A stretch of DNA of 60,470 bases from an uncultured Veillonella sp. (GTDB lineage Bacteria > Bacillota > Negativicutes > Veillonellales > Veillonellaceae). The notes beneath the pieces were generated by a model that worked only from the letters and a program-made list of their open reading frames with translations, was not told the DNA's origin and searched no databases. The position numbers and the translations under genes are program-made. The DNA lies in assembly GCF_938010505.1 (NCBI RefSeq), contig NZ_CALLVP010000065.1:1-60470 (forward strand), read 5' to 3'. Shown one piece after another: positions 38,054-49,164 of the stretch. How positions within the stretch are numbered: position 1 is the stretch's first letter; each line of letters opens with the position of its first letter.

Positions 38054-38968
38054 TTATAAAATTTTATCTCGAGTACTTTCACGATTAACTAGCAAGGAAG
38101 TAAATCTCGCAGCCCCTTCAGATTGAGGAACCAAGCGTGAGCGCACAAGCACAATGTCCCGTGTTGGTACCGGAATATCTGTATCGATGCGCACAATCGT
38201 CCCTTCTTGCATTTTTTGTTGCACCACATGATTAGGCAACATGGAAATACCCATATTGATTTCTACAAGGTCTAGTAATACATCGACGCTACCTAATTCA
38301 AAGCGAGGCTTACGACAAGCGCCATGAGTCACATCGTCAAAGAATGTACGACTAGCAGAGCCTTTATGCAAGAGCAAAATAGGCTCGTTAAGAAGGCGCC
38401 CTTGATCAAAGAATCCCGCCCCTTTATAGTCAGGACCGCCAACAAAGACGTCTTGAATTGTAGCTAGCGTAGTTACCTCTAACTGAGGATTATCTCTCAA
38501 TCCCTCATAATCATTAACCACAGCTAATTGCGCCTCTTTATTGAGTACCAATTCTACACAATCAGGAGACGGACGATTGATAATATGTAAGCCAATTTCA
38601 CTTTCTTGTAATTGCCATTTATGGAAATAAGGCAATAAGAAATGGCGACACAAAGTATCTGTGGCAGCCAAATTTAAACTTTCATAAGCTTGGTTAACGC
38701 GTTCTTGTAATTGGGTAACACCATTATCAAGAATGGAAAAAGCTTTAGCTACCGTATCAAACAATTCTTTGCCTTCTGGCGTGAACCCTACAGATTTTGT
38801 AGTGCGCACGAAAAGAGGCATATTAAGTTCCCCTTCTAATTGTTTAATACTTTGACTGATGGCGGATTGGGACACGCCTAATTCTTTTGCGGCACGAGAA
38901 AAGGATAAATATAAGCCTACCCCTAAAAAGGTTCTATATAAATCTGCAGATACTGCCATTTTATTCAC
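38054..38968 (-). CDS. LysR-family transcriptional regulator
   Basis: SFSRAAKELGVSQSAISQSIKQLE...LFVR HTH; about 300 aa; divergent from purL. Confidence 0.93.
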   Translation of the reverse strand: MNKMAVSADLYRTFLGVGLYLSFSRAAKELGVSQSAISQSIKQLEGELNMPLFVRTTKSVGFTPEGKELFDTVAKAFSILDNGVTQLQERVNQAYESLNLAATDTLCRHFLLPYFHKWQLQESEIGLHIINRPSPDCVELVLNKEAQLAVVNDYEGLRDNPQLEVTTLATIQDVFVGGPDYKGAGFFDQGRLLNEPILLLHKGSASRTFFDDVTHGACRKPRFELGSVDVLLDLVEINMGISMLPNHVVQQKMQEGTIVRIDTDIPVPTRDIVLVRSRLVPQSEGAARFTSLLVNRESTRDKIL

Positions 38969-39109
38969 CTCTGTTATATACTAATAGTAACGTCTTACTT
39001 TTAAATATACATATCATTACTCTATTATAACTATAGACTCTCAATATATAATGAATATGTAGAAATCTTCATGAAAGTTAGGTCTTATGACCTTCATGAA
39101 CTTTTCATA

Positions 39110-39177
39110 TTCATTAGTATTTCTAATCTTTTCATTAGTAAGATTATCTTTACTTATAAGTCTAGACCGACTATACT
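39110..39177 (+). promoter_or_regulatory. purL promoter with LysR-type boxes
   Basis: ATTAG-N5-CTAAT (T-N11-A) at 39113-39127; second TTCATTAGTA repeat; TTTACT-N17-TATACT at 39149-39177. Confidence 0.6.
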
Positions 39178-39226
39178 TAATTTGTCAATATCCCATAGGG
39201 AATTATATACATTACAGGAGGCTACA

Positions 39227-42200
39227 ATGGCTATACAACGATTATTCGTAACAAAACGAGAATCTTTCAACCAAGAAGCACAACGCATGTTACATACCTT
39301 ACAACAGGAATTATCTATGCCTGCTACAAATGTAACTATCTATGAACGATACGACATTGAAAATTTAGATGCAAAAGATTTAGAGTCTGCAAAAAATCTA
39401 ATTTTCTCCGAACCTCCTGTAGATACAGTATTAGAAGAAATTCCAAATGTTCAAGGCTTTGTATTCGCTGTTGAATATGTGCCAGGTCAGTACGATCAAC
39501 GTGCTGACAGTGCAGAGCAATGTATTTCTATGCTCACCCTCACATCTGGCCACATCGTACGCTGCGCTCGCGTATACGCTATAGAAGGTACTTTCACAAA
39601 AGAACAGGAAAATGCCATCAAAGCATACTACATTAACCCTGTTGATTCCCGCGAAGCGAGCCTTGATGTGCCAAATACATTAGCTCTCAATTTAGAAGAT
39701 CCAAAGCCAGTGGCAACAATCGATCGCTTTACTACGATGAGCGATGCTGATTTAGAAGCGCTCATCAAAAACTACGGTCTTGCTATGACATTAGCAGACC
39801 TTCAAATGATTAGACAACAATACGCAGAGGTAGAACACCGCGATCCTACGATTACAGAAATTCGACTCTTCGATACATATTGGTCTGACCACTGCCGTCA
39901 CACTACCTTTATGACGGAATTGACGGATATCACTATTGAAGACAGTCGCTTCACAGGCTCTATAAAGGAAGCCCTCGAAGAATATATGGACGGCCGTACT
40001 GAGCTCTACACGACTAAGAAAAAAGCTCGCTCCCTCATGGACATGGCTACATTGGCTGTAAAAGAATTGCGCCACGCTGGCGGTCTAACAAATCTCGATG
40101 AATCCGATGAAATCAATGCATGTACCATCATCGTACCTGTCGATGTAAACGGCAAAACCGAAGAATGGTTATTATTGTTCAAAAACGAAACCCATAACCA
40201 CCCTACCGAAATCGAACCATTTGGTGGCGCAGCTACCTGTTTAGGTGGCTGTATTCGCGACCCATTGAGTGGCCGCGCTTATGTATACCAAGCTATGCGC
40301 ATCACAGGCTCTGGCGATCCACATACAAGCCTTGAAAATACGTTAGAAGGAAAACTACCACAAAAGAAAATCACCCAAGAAGCGGCTCGTGGCTATTCCT
40401 CTTACGGCAACCAAATTGGCCTTGCTACAGGTGAAGTAAAAGAATATTACCATCCTGGCTACGTAGCGAAACGCATGGAAATTGGTGCTGTTATCGGTGC
40501 CGCGCCTCGCAACCAAGTTCGCCGCGAAGAGCCGACTGCCGGTGATGTTGTAGTATTGCTGGGTGGTAAAACTGGTCGTGATGGCTGTGGTGGCGCTACA
40601 GGTTCCTCTAAAGAACATACCGTTGACTCTCTAGCCACATGCGGTGCAGAGGTTCAAAAAGGCAATGCTCTTACAGAGCGTAAAATCCAACGTTTATTCC
40701 GTCGTGGCGAAGTAACGACACTTATCAAACGTTGTAATGACTTCGGCGCAGGCGGTGTATCTGTCGCTATCGGTGAATTAACTGATGGTTTATCAATCAA
40801 TCTCGACTTAGTCCCTAAAAAATACGCTGGCCTCGATGGTACAGAGTTAGCCATTTCTGAATCACAAGAGCGCATGGCCTGTGTCATCGCCGCTTCTGAT
40901 GTAGAAGCGTTCAAAGCATACTGCGACGAAGAAAACTTGGAATGCACAGTTGTAGCTGAGGTAACTGATACAAATCGCCTTGTTATGAACTGGAATGGCG
41001 AAACAATTGTAGATATTAGCCGCGACTTTTTAAATACAAATGGTGCTAGCCAACAACAAGAAGCTATCGTAAAAGCTCCGGCAGATCGCTCTTACTTCTT
41101 ACGCGGTTCTGCTAGTGCAGATAACTTCAAAGAAAAATGGCTCGCAGCCGTATCCGATTTAAATGCAGCCTCCCAACAAGGCTTAGCAGAACGCTTTGAC
41201 AGCACTGTGGGTGCTAATACGGTGCTCATGCCATTCGGTGGTAAGTTCCAAAAAACGCCTACCCAAGGCATGGTAGCCAAATTACCTGTTCTAAACGGTG
41301 AAACTACAACAGCCAGCATCATGACTCATGGCTTTGTACCTGAGTTATCTGCATGGAGCCCTTATCATGGTGCACAATATGCAGTGCTTTTATCTGTAGC
41401 AAAATTAGTAGCTCTTGGCGGTCGCCGTGAAGATGCATACTTAACATTACAAGAATATTTCGAACGCCTCAACTCTAAAGAATCTTGGGGTAAACCAGTA
41501 GCTGCACTTCTCGGTGCTTATAAGGCACAAAAAGAACTTGAAATCGGCGCTATCGGCGGCAAAGACTCTATGAGCGGTACATTTATGGACCTTACGGTTC
41601 CGCCTACCCTCGTATCCTTTGCGGTTGGTACAGCTAATATAGATAATATCGTGAGCCAAGACCTTAAAGGCGTAGATCACCGCCTTGTATTCTTTGATGT
41701 ACCTCGTACATACGATGACACTCCTGATTGGGATCGATTCAAAGAAAACTGCGATACACTACAAGAACAAATTGAAAAAGGTCGCGTTTACTCCGCCTAT
41801 GTAGTTGATCAAGGCGGCATTCCTGAAGCAGTAACAAAAATGGCGCTCGGCAATAATATCGGTGTTAAATTCGATAAATACGCTGAACGTGGTATCTTCC
41901 AACCAGCTCTCGGTTCCTTCATCGTTGAAGTAGATATTACAGCTGTTAACTATCTTTTAGAGTTGCCTGATGTGAAAGTTATCGGTGTAACCCAATCAAA
42001 TCCTGTTATCAAATGGGAAGGTCAATCCGTATCGCTCAAAGAAGTGCAAGCGGCCTATGAAGCACCTCTAAGCGATATCTTCCCAATGTACGCACCAAAC
42101 GGCTTTGGTGAAGCAGTCGCTTACATTCATGACCAACACGCTAAGCCTCGCAGCGCATCCTTAGGTGCAAAACCAAAAGTTCTCATCCCAGTATTCCCTG

Positions 42201-42967
42201 GTACAAACTGTGAATTCGACTCTGCTCGTGCCTTTGAGCGGGCTGGTGCAGAAACAGATATCGTGCTCATCCGCAACCAAACTCCAGAACAATTAAAAGA
42301 ATCTATCGACGTAATCAAAGCTAAATTAGCAGAGTCTCAAATTCTTATGTTCCCAGGAGGTTTCAGCGCTGGTGACGAGCCAGATGGTTCTGGTAAATTC
42401 ATGGCTACCCTCTTCCGCAATCCATACCTTGCAGAAGGCTTAGAAAACCTCTTGTACAAACAAGATGGCCTTGTATTAGGTATTTGTAACGGCTTCCAAG
42501 CACTTATCAAGTTAGGCTTGTTACCTGGTGGACACATTGAAACCTTAACCGAAGATCATCCTACATTGACATACAACACGATTGGTCGTCACTTGTCTCG
42601 CATGGTCAACACGAAAGTTATTTCCACTAAATCTCCGTGGATGAGCGATGCCAAGGCAGGTGAAATTTACACAGTACCAATTTCCCACGGCGAAGGTCGA
42701 TTTATTGCTTCCCCTCAACAAGTGTTAGAGTTCAATAAAACTGGCCAAATCGCTACACAATATGTAGACTTTGATGGTATTGCCTCCATGGATAGTCGCT
42801 TCAATCCAAATCAATCTGTAGCCGCTATCGAAGGTATTTATAGTCCTGATGGTCGCGTATTCGGCAAAATGGCACACTCCGAACGCTGTGGTGCAGGCAT
42901 TAGCAAAAATATTCCTGGACAACTAGAAATGCCAATCTTTACATCTGGCGTAAAATACTTTAAATAA
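39227..42967 (+). CDS. purL: Large (fused) FGAM synthase
   Basis: YWSDHCRH, KNETHNHPT, DFGAGG, GGKDSMS, FPGTNCE, GICNGFQ, SHGEG; SD AGGAGG before ATG 39227. Confidence 0.96.
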   Translation: MAIQRLFVTKRESFNQEAQRMLHTLQQELSMPATNVTIYERYDIENLDAKDLESAKNLIFSEPPVDTVLEEIPNVQGFVFAVEYVPGQYDQRADSAEQCISMLTLTSGHIVRCARVYAIEGTFTKEQENAIKAYYINPVDSREASLDVPNTLALNLEDPKPVATIDRFTTMSDADLEALIKNYGLAMTLADLQMIRQQYAEVEHRDPTITEIRLFDTYWSDHCRHTTFMTELTDITIEDSRFTGSIKEALEEYMDGRTELYTTKKKARSLMDMATLAVKELRHAGGLTNLDESDEINACTIIVPVDVNGKTEEWLLLFKNETHNHPTEIEPFGGAATCLGGCIRDPLSGRAYVYQAMRITGSGDPHTSLENTLEGKLPQKKITQEAARGYSSYGNQIGLATGEVKEYYHPGYVAKRMEIGAVIGAAPRNQVRREEPTAGDVVVLLGGKTGRDGCGGATGSSKEHTVDSLATCGAEVQKGNALTERKIQRLFRRGEVTTLIKRCNDFGAGGVSVAIGELTDGLSINLDLVPKKYAGLDGTELAISESQERMACVIAASDVEAFKAYCDEENLECTVVAEVTDTNRLVMNWNGETIVDISRDFLNTNGASQQQEAIVKAPADRSYFLRGSASADNFKEKWLAAVSDLNAASQQGLAERFDSTVGANTVLMPFGGKFQKTPTQGMVAKLPVLNGETTTASIMTHGFVPELSAWSPYHGAQYAVLLSVAKLVALGGRREDAYLTLQEYFERLNSKESWGKPVAALLGAYKAQKELEIGAIGGKDSMSGTFMDLTVPPTLVSFAVGTANIDNIVSQDLKGVDHRLVFFDVPRTYDDTPDWDRFKENCDTLQEQIEKGRVYSAYVVDQGGIPEAVTKMALGNNIGVKFDKYAERGIFQPALGSFIVEVDITAVNYLLELPDVKVIGVTQSNPVIKWEGQSVSLKEVQAAYEAPLSDIFPMYAPNGFGEAVAYIHDQHAKPRSASLGAKPKVLIPVFPGTNCEFDSARAFERAGAETDIVLIRNQTPEQLKESIDVIKAKLAESQILMFPGGFSAGDEPDGSGKFMATLFRNPYLAEGLENLLYKQDGLVLGICNGFQALIKLGLLPGGHIETLTEDHPTLTYNTIGRHLSRMVNTKVISTKSPWMSDAKAGEIYTVPISHGEGRFIASPQQVLEFNKTGQIATQYVDFDGIASMDSRFNPNQSVAAIEGIYSPDGRVFGKMAHSERCGAGISKNIPGQLEMPIFTSGVKYFK

Positions 42968-42988
42968 TTTGTTACTATACTTTCATGT

Positions 42989-43016
42989 GAAAGCCTACTA
43001 CTCACAGTAGGCTTTT
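42989..43016 (+). terminator. purL terminator
   Basis: AAAGCCTACT / AGTAGGCTTTT. Confidence 0.8.
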
Positions 43017-43265
43017 CTCATTTTATAAAATATTATATCTATACGAATTAAAATCATAATACGCCAAATAAGCCCTACCTATTCCCCTCAAAACTATATA
43101 GGTAGCTACTATGCAAATGATATCTTTCACATTTTCCATATTTGCAAAGCCTATCATATTGATTTTTTTCGAAAATATTAGTATTATTAATTGATAACAT
43201 ATTTACAGACATGAGTTTTATGTAAACCTATACATACCTAGTGTGAGTTAAGAAAGGATTTTATT

Positions 43266-44501
43266 ATGCATTGTGCTCAGAAAATGACTCATAATATCTA
43301 CTGGATTGGTAGTAATGACTGGACAACAGAACGTTTCGAAAACTTATTCCCTATTCCAAATGGTGTTAGCTATAACAGCTATTTCATCGACGATGAAAAA
43401 ACTTGTGTCGTAGACTCTGTAGATGCTGAAATTCGCGAAGAGTACTTCGACAACTTGACTCACCTCTTAAATGGTCGTGAACTTGATTACATCGTTGTAA
43501 ACCATATGGAGCCAGATCATTGCCAAACATTGTTGGAAACATTGGAACGTTATCCAAATTGTAAAATGGTTGGTAACGCAACAACATTCCGCATGTTCGA
43601 ACAATTCTACAACACTCCAAAGCCAGAACAATACCATCAAATTAAAGAAGGCGACGAAATCTGTTTAGGTAAACATACACTTGTTTCCTACACTATGCCT
43701 ATGGTTCACTGGCCAGAAGTAACTTGTACATTCGAAAAATCTACAGGTACATTGTTCTCTGCAGATGCTTTCGGTACATTTGGTACTATTAACGGCAACA
43801 TTTTTGCTGACCAAACTGATTTCGTAGCAACTTACGAAGAAGAAGCTCGTCGCTACTACACAAATATCGTTGGCAAATACGGTCCTCAAGTACAAAATGC
43901 AATTCGCAAGGTTTCTTCTCTTGAAATCAAACGCATTGCTCCGCTTCATGGCCCAATCTGGCGTACACCTGAAACGATCGAATATATCTTACACAAATAC
44001 TTGCACTGGTCCAGCTACACAGCTGAGAAAAAAGGTGTTGTAATTGCCTTCGGTTCCATGTATGGTAACACTCGTGACATTGCTCAACAATTGGCAAAAC
44101 AATTGTCCCGCCGCGGTATTACTGATATCAAAATTTACGATGTTTCCAAAACAAATGCTTCCTACATCATTTCTGATGCTTGGAAATATACTAACTTGGT
44201 AACTATCGCACCAACATACAACTTGAGCTTATACCTAACTATGGAAAACTTCATCCACGAGTTGAAAGCCCTTAACTTCCAAAACCATAAGGTATCCATC
44301 ATCGGTAACCACTCCTGGGCTTCCGCTGCAATGAAAACAATGGTTTCCCACTTCGAAAACGACTTCAAAGATATTGAAATCGTATCTGAACCACTAGACA
44401 TCAAATCCTCTTTGAAAGAAGAAGACATTCCATTGATCGAAAAAATGGCAGACGATATCAAAGCTTCCATCGAAGCAGCCGAAATCAAAGACGTATTCTA
44501 A
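43266..44501 (+). CDS. fprA: Flavodiiron protein (FprA, class A)
   Basis: SYNSY, NHMEPDH, HWPE, SADAFG, HGPIW; flavodoxin SMYGNT. Confidence 0.93.
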   Translation: MHCAQKMTHNIYWIGSNDWTTERFENLFPIPNGVSYNSYFIDDEKTCVVDSVDAEIREEYFDNLTHLLNGRELDYIVVNHMEPDHCQTLLETLERYPNCKMVGNATTFRMFEQFYNTPKPEQYHQIKEGDEICLGKHTLVSYTMPMVHWPEVTCTFEKSTGTLFSADAFGTFGTINGNIFADQTDFVATYEEEARRYYTNIVGKYGPQVQNAIRKVSSLEIKRIAPLHGPIWRTPETIEYILHKYLHWSSYTAEKKGVVIAFGSMYGNTRDIAQQLAKQLSRRGITDIKIYDVSKTNASYIISDAWKYTNLVTIAPTYNLSLYLTMENFIHELKALNFQNHKVSIIGNHSWASAAMKTMVSHFENDFKDIEIVSEPLDIKSSLKEEDIPLIEKMADDIKASIEAAEIKDVF

Positions 44502-44661
44502 TACGAATTACAAAGCCGCCTAAACAGGCGGCTTGTTTTTTTATATACCAGATTTACACAACTAAAACCAATCCCTAACCTTCGATTTATACCGGTTTAT
44601 CGCAATCAAAACCTATATTTCATAAGCCTTGTAAATATGCAATAATTCTACTATTTTTTGC

Positions 44662-44690
44662 TTGACATAAATCTAACTTTTTCATATACT
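44662..44690 (+). promoter_or_regulatory. tRNA-Ser promoter
   Basis: TTGACA-N17-TATACT. Confidence 0.85.
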
Positions 44691-44721
44691 ATACAAGTAC
44701 CTGTTACACAACAGAATACAT

Positions 44722-44812
44722 GGAGAGGTGTCCGAGCGGCTGAAGGAGCATGATTGGAAATCATGTGTGCGGTTATCCCGTACCCAGGGTTCAAATCCCT
44801 GTCTCTCCGCCA
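44722..44812 (+). tRNA. tRNA-Ser(GGA)
   Basis: Cloverleaf with long variable arm, anticodon GGA, CCA end. Confidence 0.95.
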
Positions 44813-44816
44813 TAGT

Positions 44817-44845
44817 AAAAGCAGTGCTTATGCACTGCTTTTTTA
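44817..44845 (+). terminator. tRNA-Ser terminator
   Basis: AAAAGCAGTGC-TTAT-GCACTGCTTTTTT. Confidence 0.85.
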
Positions 44846-44989
44846 TTTTCTACGATAAAAAAGTGATTTGTATAACGCTACTTTTATATCATTGTCGCAT
44901 GATTTTATAAATAAAAATACTATTCCAGCACACAAAACGGCTATTCAAGTTAAACTTGAATAGCCGTTTTATCTATGTATCACATCATA

Positions 44990-46006
44990 TTAATTATGAA
45001 TTTTTTTAGCAATATCACCGATAATCTCAGGTGTCGTTCTACAACAGCCACCAATGATTTCAGCCCCAGCTTTTCGCCATACTTCAACGTAGTCTACAAA
45101 TGATGCAGGATCTCCAAACCAAGTCTTAGTTTTACTATCATAGCTTTCACCAAGATTAGGATATACAGCAATCGGTTTATCTGTAACCGTTCGAATATCT
45201 TTAATCAAAGATTCTACATGTTCAGGTTTACTACAATTAATACCAATCCCCGTAATAGAATGTACCTTATCAATCATTTGTGCGCATTTAATGATGGTTT
45301 CACCACTAGAAACATGGTGACTATCCTTACAAGAAAAAGCAATCCACCCGGGAATACCTTTTGATGTAAACGGATCAGACATAGCTCTTGCGATAGCAAT
45401 AGCTTCAGCATAAGACGGTATAGTTTCAAAGGATAATATATCTGGATTTTCTTCACAGAATAATGCTAATCGAGGAATGTGGAATACCTCTAGATATTCT
45501 GTTTGCACATCAGGATAACCACGGTATTCAGAACCATCCGCCAAGAAAGCGCCATAAGGTCCTACAGAAGCTGCCACCAACGGTTTAGGTAAAGCACCTT
45601 CAGAAAAATATCTAACCCCCTCAGGAGTCTCTTCACCAAGCGTAATACCACGCAATGTAAGTGCCCCACTCGCCTTGGCTTCTAAAAACTCATTACGAGC
45701 TTGCACAGCTAAACGAACAGATAATTTAACTAGCTCTATCGCCTCTTCCGTGCCATAACCTAAGCCTTTAAAGCCTGCTACTGTCGCTTGATAGCCAGAG
45801 CTTTGAATGATATCGGCGCCAGCAGCCAAATAAGAAATATGTATTTTCTTAATAATATCTGGCTGATCCATGAGAACTTTAGCAGACCACAACTTATGTT
45901 GGATATTACAGCCATAACGCTCTAATTCGGTCCCTAAAGCTCCATCTAAGACGAGGGCGCCCTTTTCCTTAATAATATCTAAAAATGCACTTCGTTTAGC
46001 CATCAT
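44990..46006 (-). CDS. mmuM: Homocysteine S-methyltransferase
   Basis: LDGALGTEL, SVGPYGA.LADGSEY, ETIP, GINC, YPNLG, IGGCC. Confidence 0.92.
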   Translation of the reverse strand: MMAKRSAFLDIIKEKGALVLDGALGTELERYGCNIQHKLWSAKVLMDQPDIIKKIHISYLAAGADIIQSSGYQATVAGFKGLGYGTEEAIELVKLSVRLAVQARNEFLEAKASGALTLRGITLGEETPEGVRYFSEGALPKPLVAASVGPYGAFLADGSEYRGYPDVQTEYLEVFHIPRLALFCEENPDILSFETIPSYAEAIAIARAMSDPFTSKGIPGWIAFSCKDSHHVSSGETIIKCAQMIDKVHSITGIGINCSKPEHVESLIKDIRTVTDKPIAVYPNLGESYDSKTKTWFGDPASFVDYVEVWRKAGAEIIGGCCRTTPEIIGDIAKKIHN

Positions 46007-46091
46007 ATCACCCATTCTATACATACCTCATATAACCTGAGGCTTACCTAGCATATTATATCAAATAATACATTCTGGTACTATCTACAAA

Positions 46092-46877
46092 CTATTTTAA
46101 TACCTCTGCTGGAGGCTCCTTACCAAACCATTTCTTATAAATTTCTGCGTATTTGCCATTTGCTTTGATTTTAGCCAAACCATCATTGATTTTATTAAGC
46201 AACTCTGTATTGCCTTTTTTCACAGCAATGCCTAATGGCGCCGCATCATAATCTTCTCCAGTGACCTTTGCGATACCTTTGCCCTTACCATTAACATAAT
46301 ACTCGTTTACCGGTGTATCATTGATAACTACATCGACGCCTTTATTTTGTAGTTCTAAGAAAGCATCGACGATGATATTAAACTGACGTACCTCGGCATT
46401 TGGAATCTTACTAGCAATCTCTGCACCAGTAGAACCAATAGACACACCAATGCGTTTCCCTTCTAGATCCTTAAAGCTGTTAATATTGGTGTTATCAATG
46501 TTAACAACGAGACCATTACCTGCAATATAGTACGGTTTACTAAAATCAACGGATTTTGCTCGTTCTTCAGAAATAGTCATATCCGAAATGGCGATGTCGA
46601 TTGTATTACTTTGTAGTGCTGGTAAAAGCGCATCAAAGTTCAAATTTTGAATATCTGTTTCTATGCCCTCTTCTTTAGCGATAGCATTGATAATATCAAT
46701 ATCAAAACCAGCTAGTTTACCACTATCTTTATCTTTAAAACCAAACGGTGCATAGGTCGCATCAGTACCTACGCGCCATACCTTCTGACTATTACCTGTA
46801 TTACCACAGCCAGCGATTAATAAACTACTAGCAATGGTGAAAGCTCCCAATAGAGCTGCTATTTTCTTAAATTTCAT
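46092..46877 (-). CDS. Polar amino-acid ABC substrate-binding lipoprotein
   Basis: Lipobox IAGC; DATYAPF, GFDIDI, MTISEER, VDFS.PY. Confidence 0.92.
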   Translation of the reverse strand: MKFKKIAALLGAFTIASSLLIAGCGNTGNSQKVWRVGTDATYAPFGFKDKDSGKLAGFDIDIINAIAKEEGIETDIQNLNFDALLPALQSNTIDIAISDMTISEERAKSVDFSKPYYIAGNGLVVNIDNTNINSFKDLEGKRIGVSIGSTGAEIASKIPNAEVRQFNIIVDAFLELQNKGVDVVINDTPVNEYYVNGKGKGIAKVTGEDYDAAPLGIAVKKGNTELLNKINDGLAKIKANGKYAEIYKKWFGKEPPAEVLK

Positions 46878-46970
46878 GTTACTACCCTTATTTGGCTCCG
46901 TTCTATCTAGAAACAGAGCTCTTCTTAATCAACTAATATATTTATACTTACACTTATGAGCATAATAAAA

Positions 46971-47077
46971 ATAATACCTCTAGAGGTATTATAGTTTTAT
47001 GATAACATTCGATATAGTTATGGTCAATAAATCCGACTATACCAATAGGTATTATATAAGTATAGCTTTTAACTATA
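46971..47077 (-). promoter_or_regulatory. Promoter with palindromic operators
   Basis: TTGACC-N17-TATCAT; perfect 22-bp palindrome ATAATACCTCTAGAGGTATTAT at about +1; TATAGCTTTTAACTATA (MetR/CmbR-like) at 47061-47077. Confidence 0.6.
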
Positions 47078-47226
47078 TCAAAAAGAATATTTCTATGTAT
47101 ATAAAAAGACCGCCTTTACCAAGCACAGATGAAACTTGATAAAGGCGGTTATCCCCAAGATGGAGAATTCCAAGCTATTTAAAATAAATAAGGAATTCAC
47201 TTTATTGAGGATTTACTATATTTAAT

Positions 47227-49164
47227 TTATTTAGCATGTTTAGTTTTTATATACATAGCTACCTTGTACAAGAACGTACAGAGTAACAAGTACATTACGA
47301 TACTAAGGTATGTCGCTTCAGGTGTTTCTACCCAAGCCTCTGCAAATACATCAACACCTGCAATGCGAAGTACCGCACTGAACAAGGAGCCAATAGCACC
47401 ACCGGCTACTAGGCCAGAGGCAATTGTACTACCTTTGGAGAAGCGAAGATCTGTCAATTCTTTATCTTTTGTACTATTTTGTACAAAGTACGCAATCAAA
47501 CCTCCGATAAGTAATGGTGTATTAATTTCCATTGGCAAGTATGTGCCCAAGGCAAATGCCAACGGCGGAACTCTTACCATCCACAAGATAATTGCAAATA
47601 ATGCACCAGCCATGTAAAGAGGCCATTGAGCACTACCACCAGTCATCATTGGCTCAATGATGGCGGCCATAGCGTTCGCTTGAGGTGCATTTAATGCGTG
47701 ATCTCCTACAAATCCATAAGCATCGTTCAAAAGAATCATAACACCTACAGAAAGTACGGCACAAAGAATAGTACCAACGATTTGCCATTGTTCCATTTTC
47801 TTAGGGGTAGCACCTGTCATATGTGCCACCTTAAGCTCAGACATGAAGTTACCAGCCATCCCAATAGTAGTACCGATAAAGGATGCCATCATGAGGACTG
47901 CAATCATACCGATCTTACCAGTCATACCTGCTGCGGTTAAGCATACAGCGGAGATGATAATCATAAAGATTGTCATACCTGAAACTGGTTCTGTACCTGT
48001 ATAAGCGATAGAGCTAATCCCCACTACAGATAATAGGAAGGACATAATAAGAACAATTAAGAACGCTACAATTGTTTGTCCGAAGCTTTCAGCATACATA
48101 AAATGGAAATATGCTGCAAATAAAACTGTACATAACAAGATGCCAGCACCAATCCAAGATGTAGGTACATCACGTTGTGTACGAAGCAAATTAACATCTA
48201 CAGTTTTAGAACTAAAGATATCAAGCACTGCATTTTTAACAACGCTAGCTACTACTTTGGACATCGTAATTAGACCGATGATACCTGCCATAGCGAGCAT
48301 GCCGATACCAATATGGCGAACATAATCGAGGAATACCTTGCGAATTGGGGCCTCGCCCAATGGAACTGCATGACCGCCAATTTGCATAATATGTTCAGGT
48401 GCTAAATAGTACACAATCGGAATACATACAAACCAAGAGAAGAAAGAACCGGCTGCAATGATAGCCGCATAGCGAAGGCCCGTGAAATAACCAAGGCCAA
48501 GCAATGCTGCATCAGTATCTACCGCTGCAGTTAGCTTAGTTTGATCTGCAAGAGCTGCCCCCCACTTAAAGGTAGCAGTGCGAATAACCTCTTGCCACCA
48601 CCCTAAACTATTAAGAATAAAGTCATACACGAGAGCAATTAAACCAGAGCCAAGCATAAGTTTTGCTTTGCTACCTTCATTACTCATCAATACTTCCGCT
48701 GCAGCACGACCACTGGGGAACGGATACACATAGTGCATTTCTTCAACGAAATAGCGGCGAAACATAACGCATAATAAAACACCTAAAACGCCGCCAAGAA
48801 TGATAGGGATCGCCATTTGTACAAAGGATACATCTGTTACATTCCAGATGTAAAGGGCTGGCAAAAAGAACATAGCCCCTGCTAATGTGTTCGTACTAGA
48901 ACTAGCGATAGCTTGAATGTGTACGGTTTCAGCAAAAGCATTTTGTCGCTTTAAAATAACTGCTGTACCCATAGCAAGTACAGATACTGGTGCAAAGGCA
49001 TCTACTGTTTGACCGATTTTCAAACATAAATAGCCAACAGCCAGTGTGAAAACTGCCGCATAGAACAAGCCCCAGAAGACTACATATGAGTTGATCTCTA
49101 CGTAATCCTTCTTAGGATCTAACACCGGTTCTACGGGCGGAATGGTATGAACTTCGTCCGACAT
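47227..49164 (-). CDS. OPT/YSL-family oligopeptide transporter
   Basis: Many TMs; FPSG.AAAEVL, ELK..H..GATP..., APQANAMA, LYLP-like motifs. Confidence 0.9.
   Translation of the reverse strand: MSDEVHTIPPVEPVLDPKKDYVEINSYVVFWGLFYAAVFTLAVGYLCLKIGQTVDAFAPVSVLAMGTAVILKRQNAFAETVHIQAIASSSTNTLAGAMFFLPALYIWNVTDVSFVQMAIPIILGGVLGVLLCVMFRRYFVEEMHYVYPFPSGRAAAEVLMSNEGSKAKLMLGSGLIALVYDFILNSLGWWQEVIRTATFKWGAALADQTKLTAAVDTDAALLGLGYFTGLRYAAIIAAGSFFSWFVCIPIVYYLAPEHIMQIGGHAVPLGEAPIRKVFLDYVRHIGIGMLAMAGIIGLITMSKVVASVVKNAVLDIFSSKTVDVNLLRTQRDVPTSWIGAGILLCTVLFAAYFHFMYAESFGQTIVAFLIVLIMSFLLSVVGISSIAYTGTEPVSGMTIFMIIISAVCLTAAGMTGKIGMIAVLMMASFIGTTIGMAGNFMSELKVAHMTGATPKKMEQWQIVGTILCAVLSVGVMILLNDAYGFVGDHALNAPQANAMAAIIEPMMTGGSAQWPLYMAGALFAIILWMVRVPPLAFALGTYLPMEINTPLLIGGLIAYFVQNSTKDKELTDLRFSKGSTIASGLVAGGAIGSLFSAVLRIAGVDVFAEAWVETPEATYLSIVMYLLLCTFLYKVAMYIKTKHAK

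Noticed and set aside
39071..39226. N-terminal extension of PurL in the ORF track
   Set aside because: Contains the promoter; SD AGGAGG supports ATG 39227
44728..44910. 60-aa ORF
   Set aside because: Overlaps tRNA-Ser and its terminator
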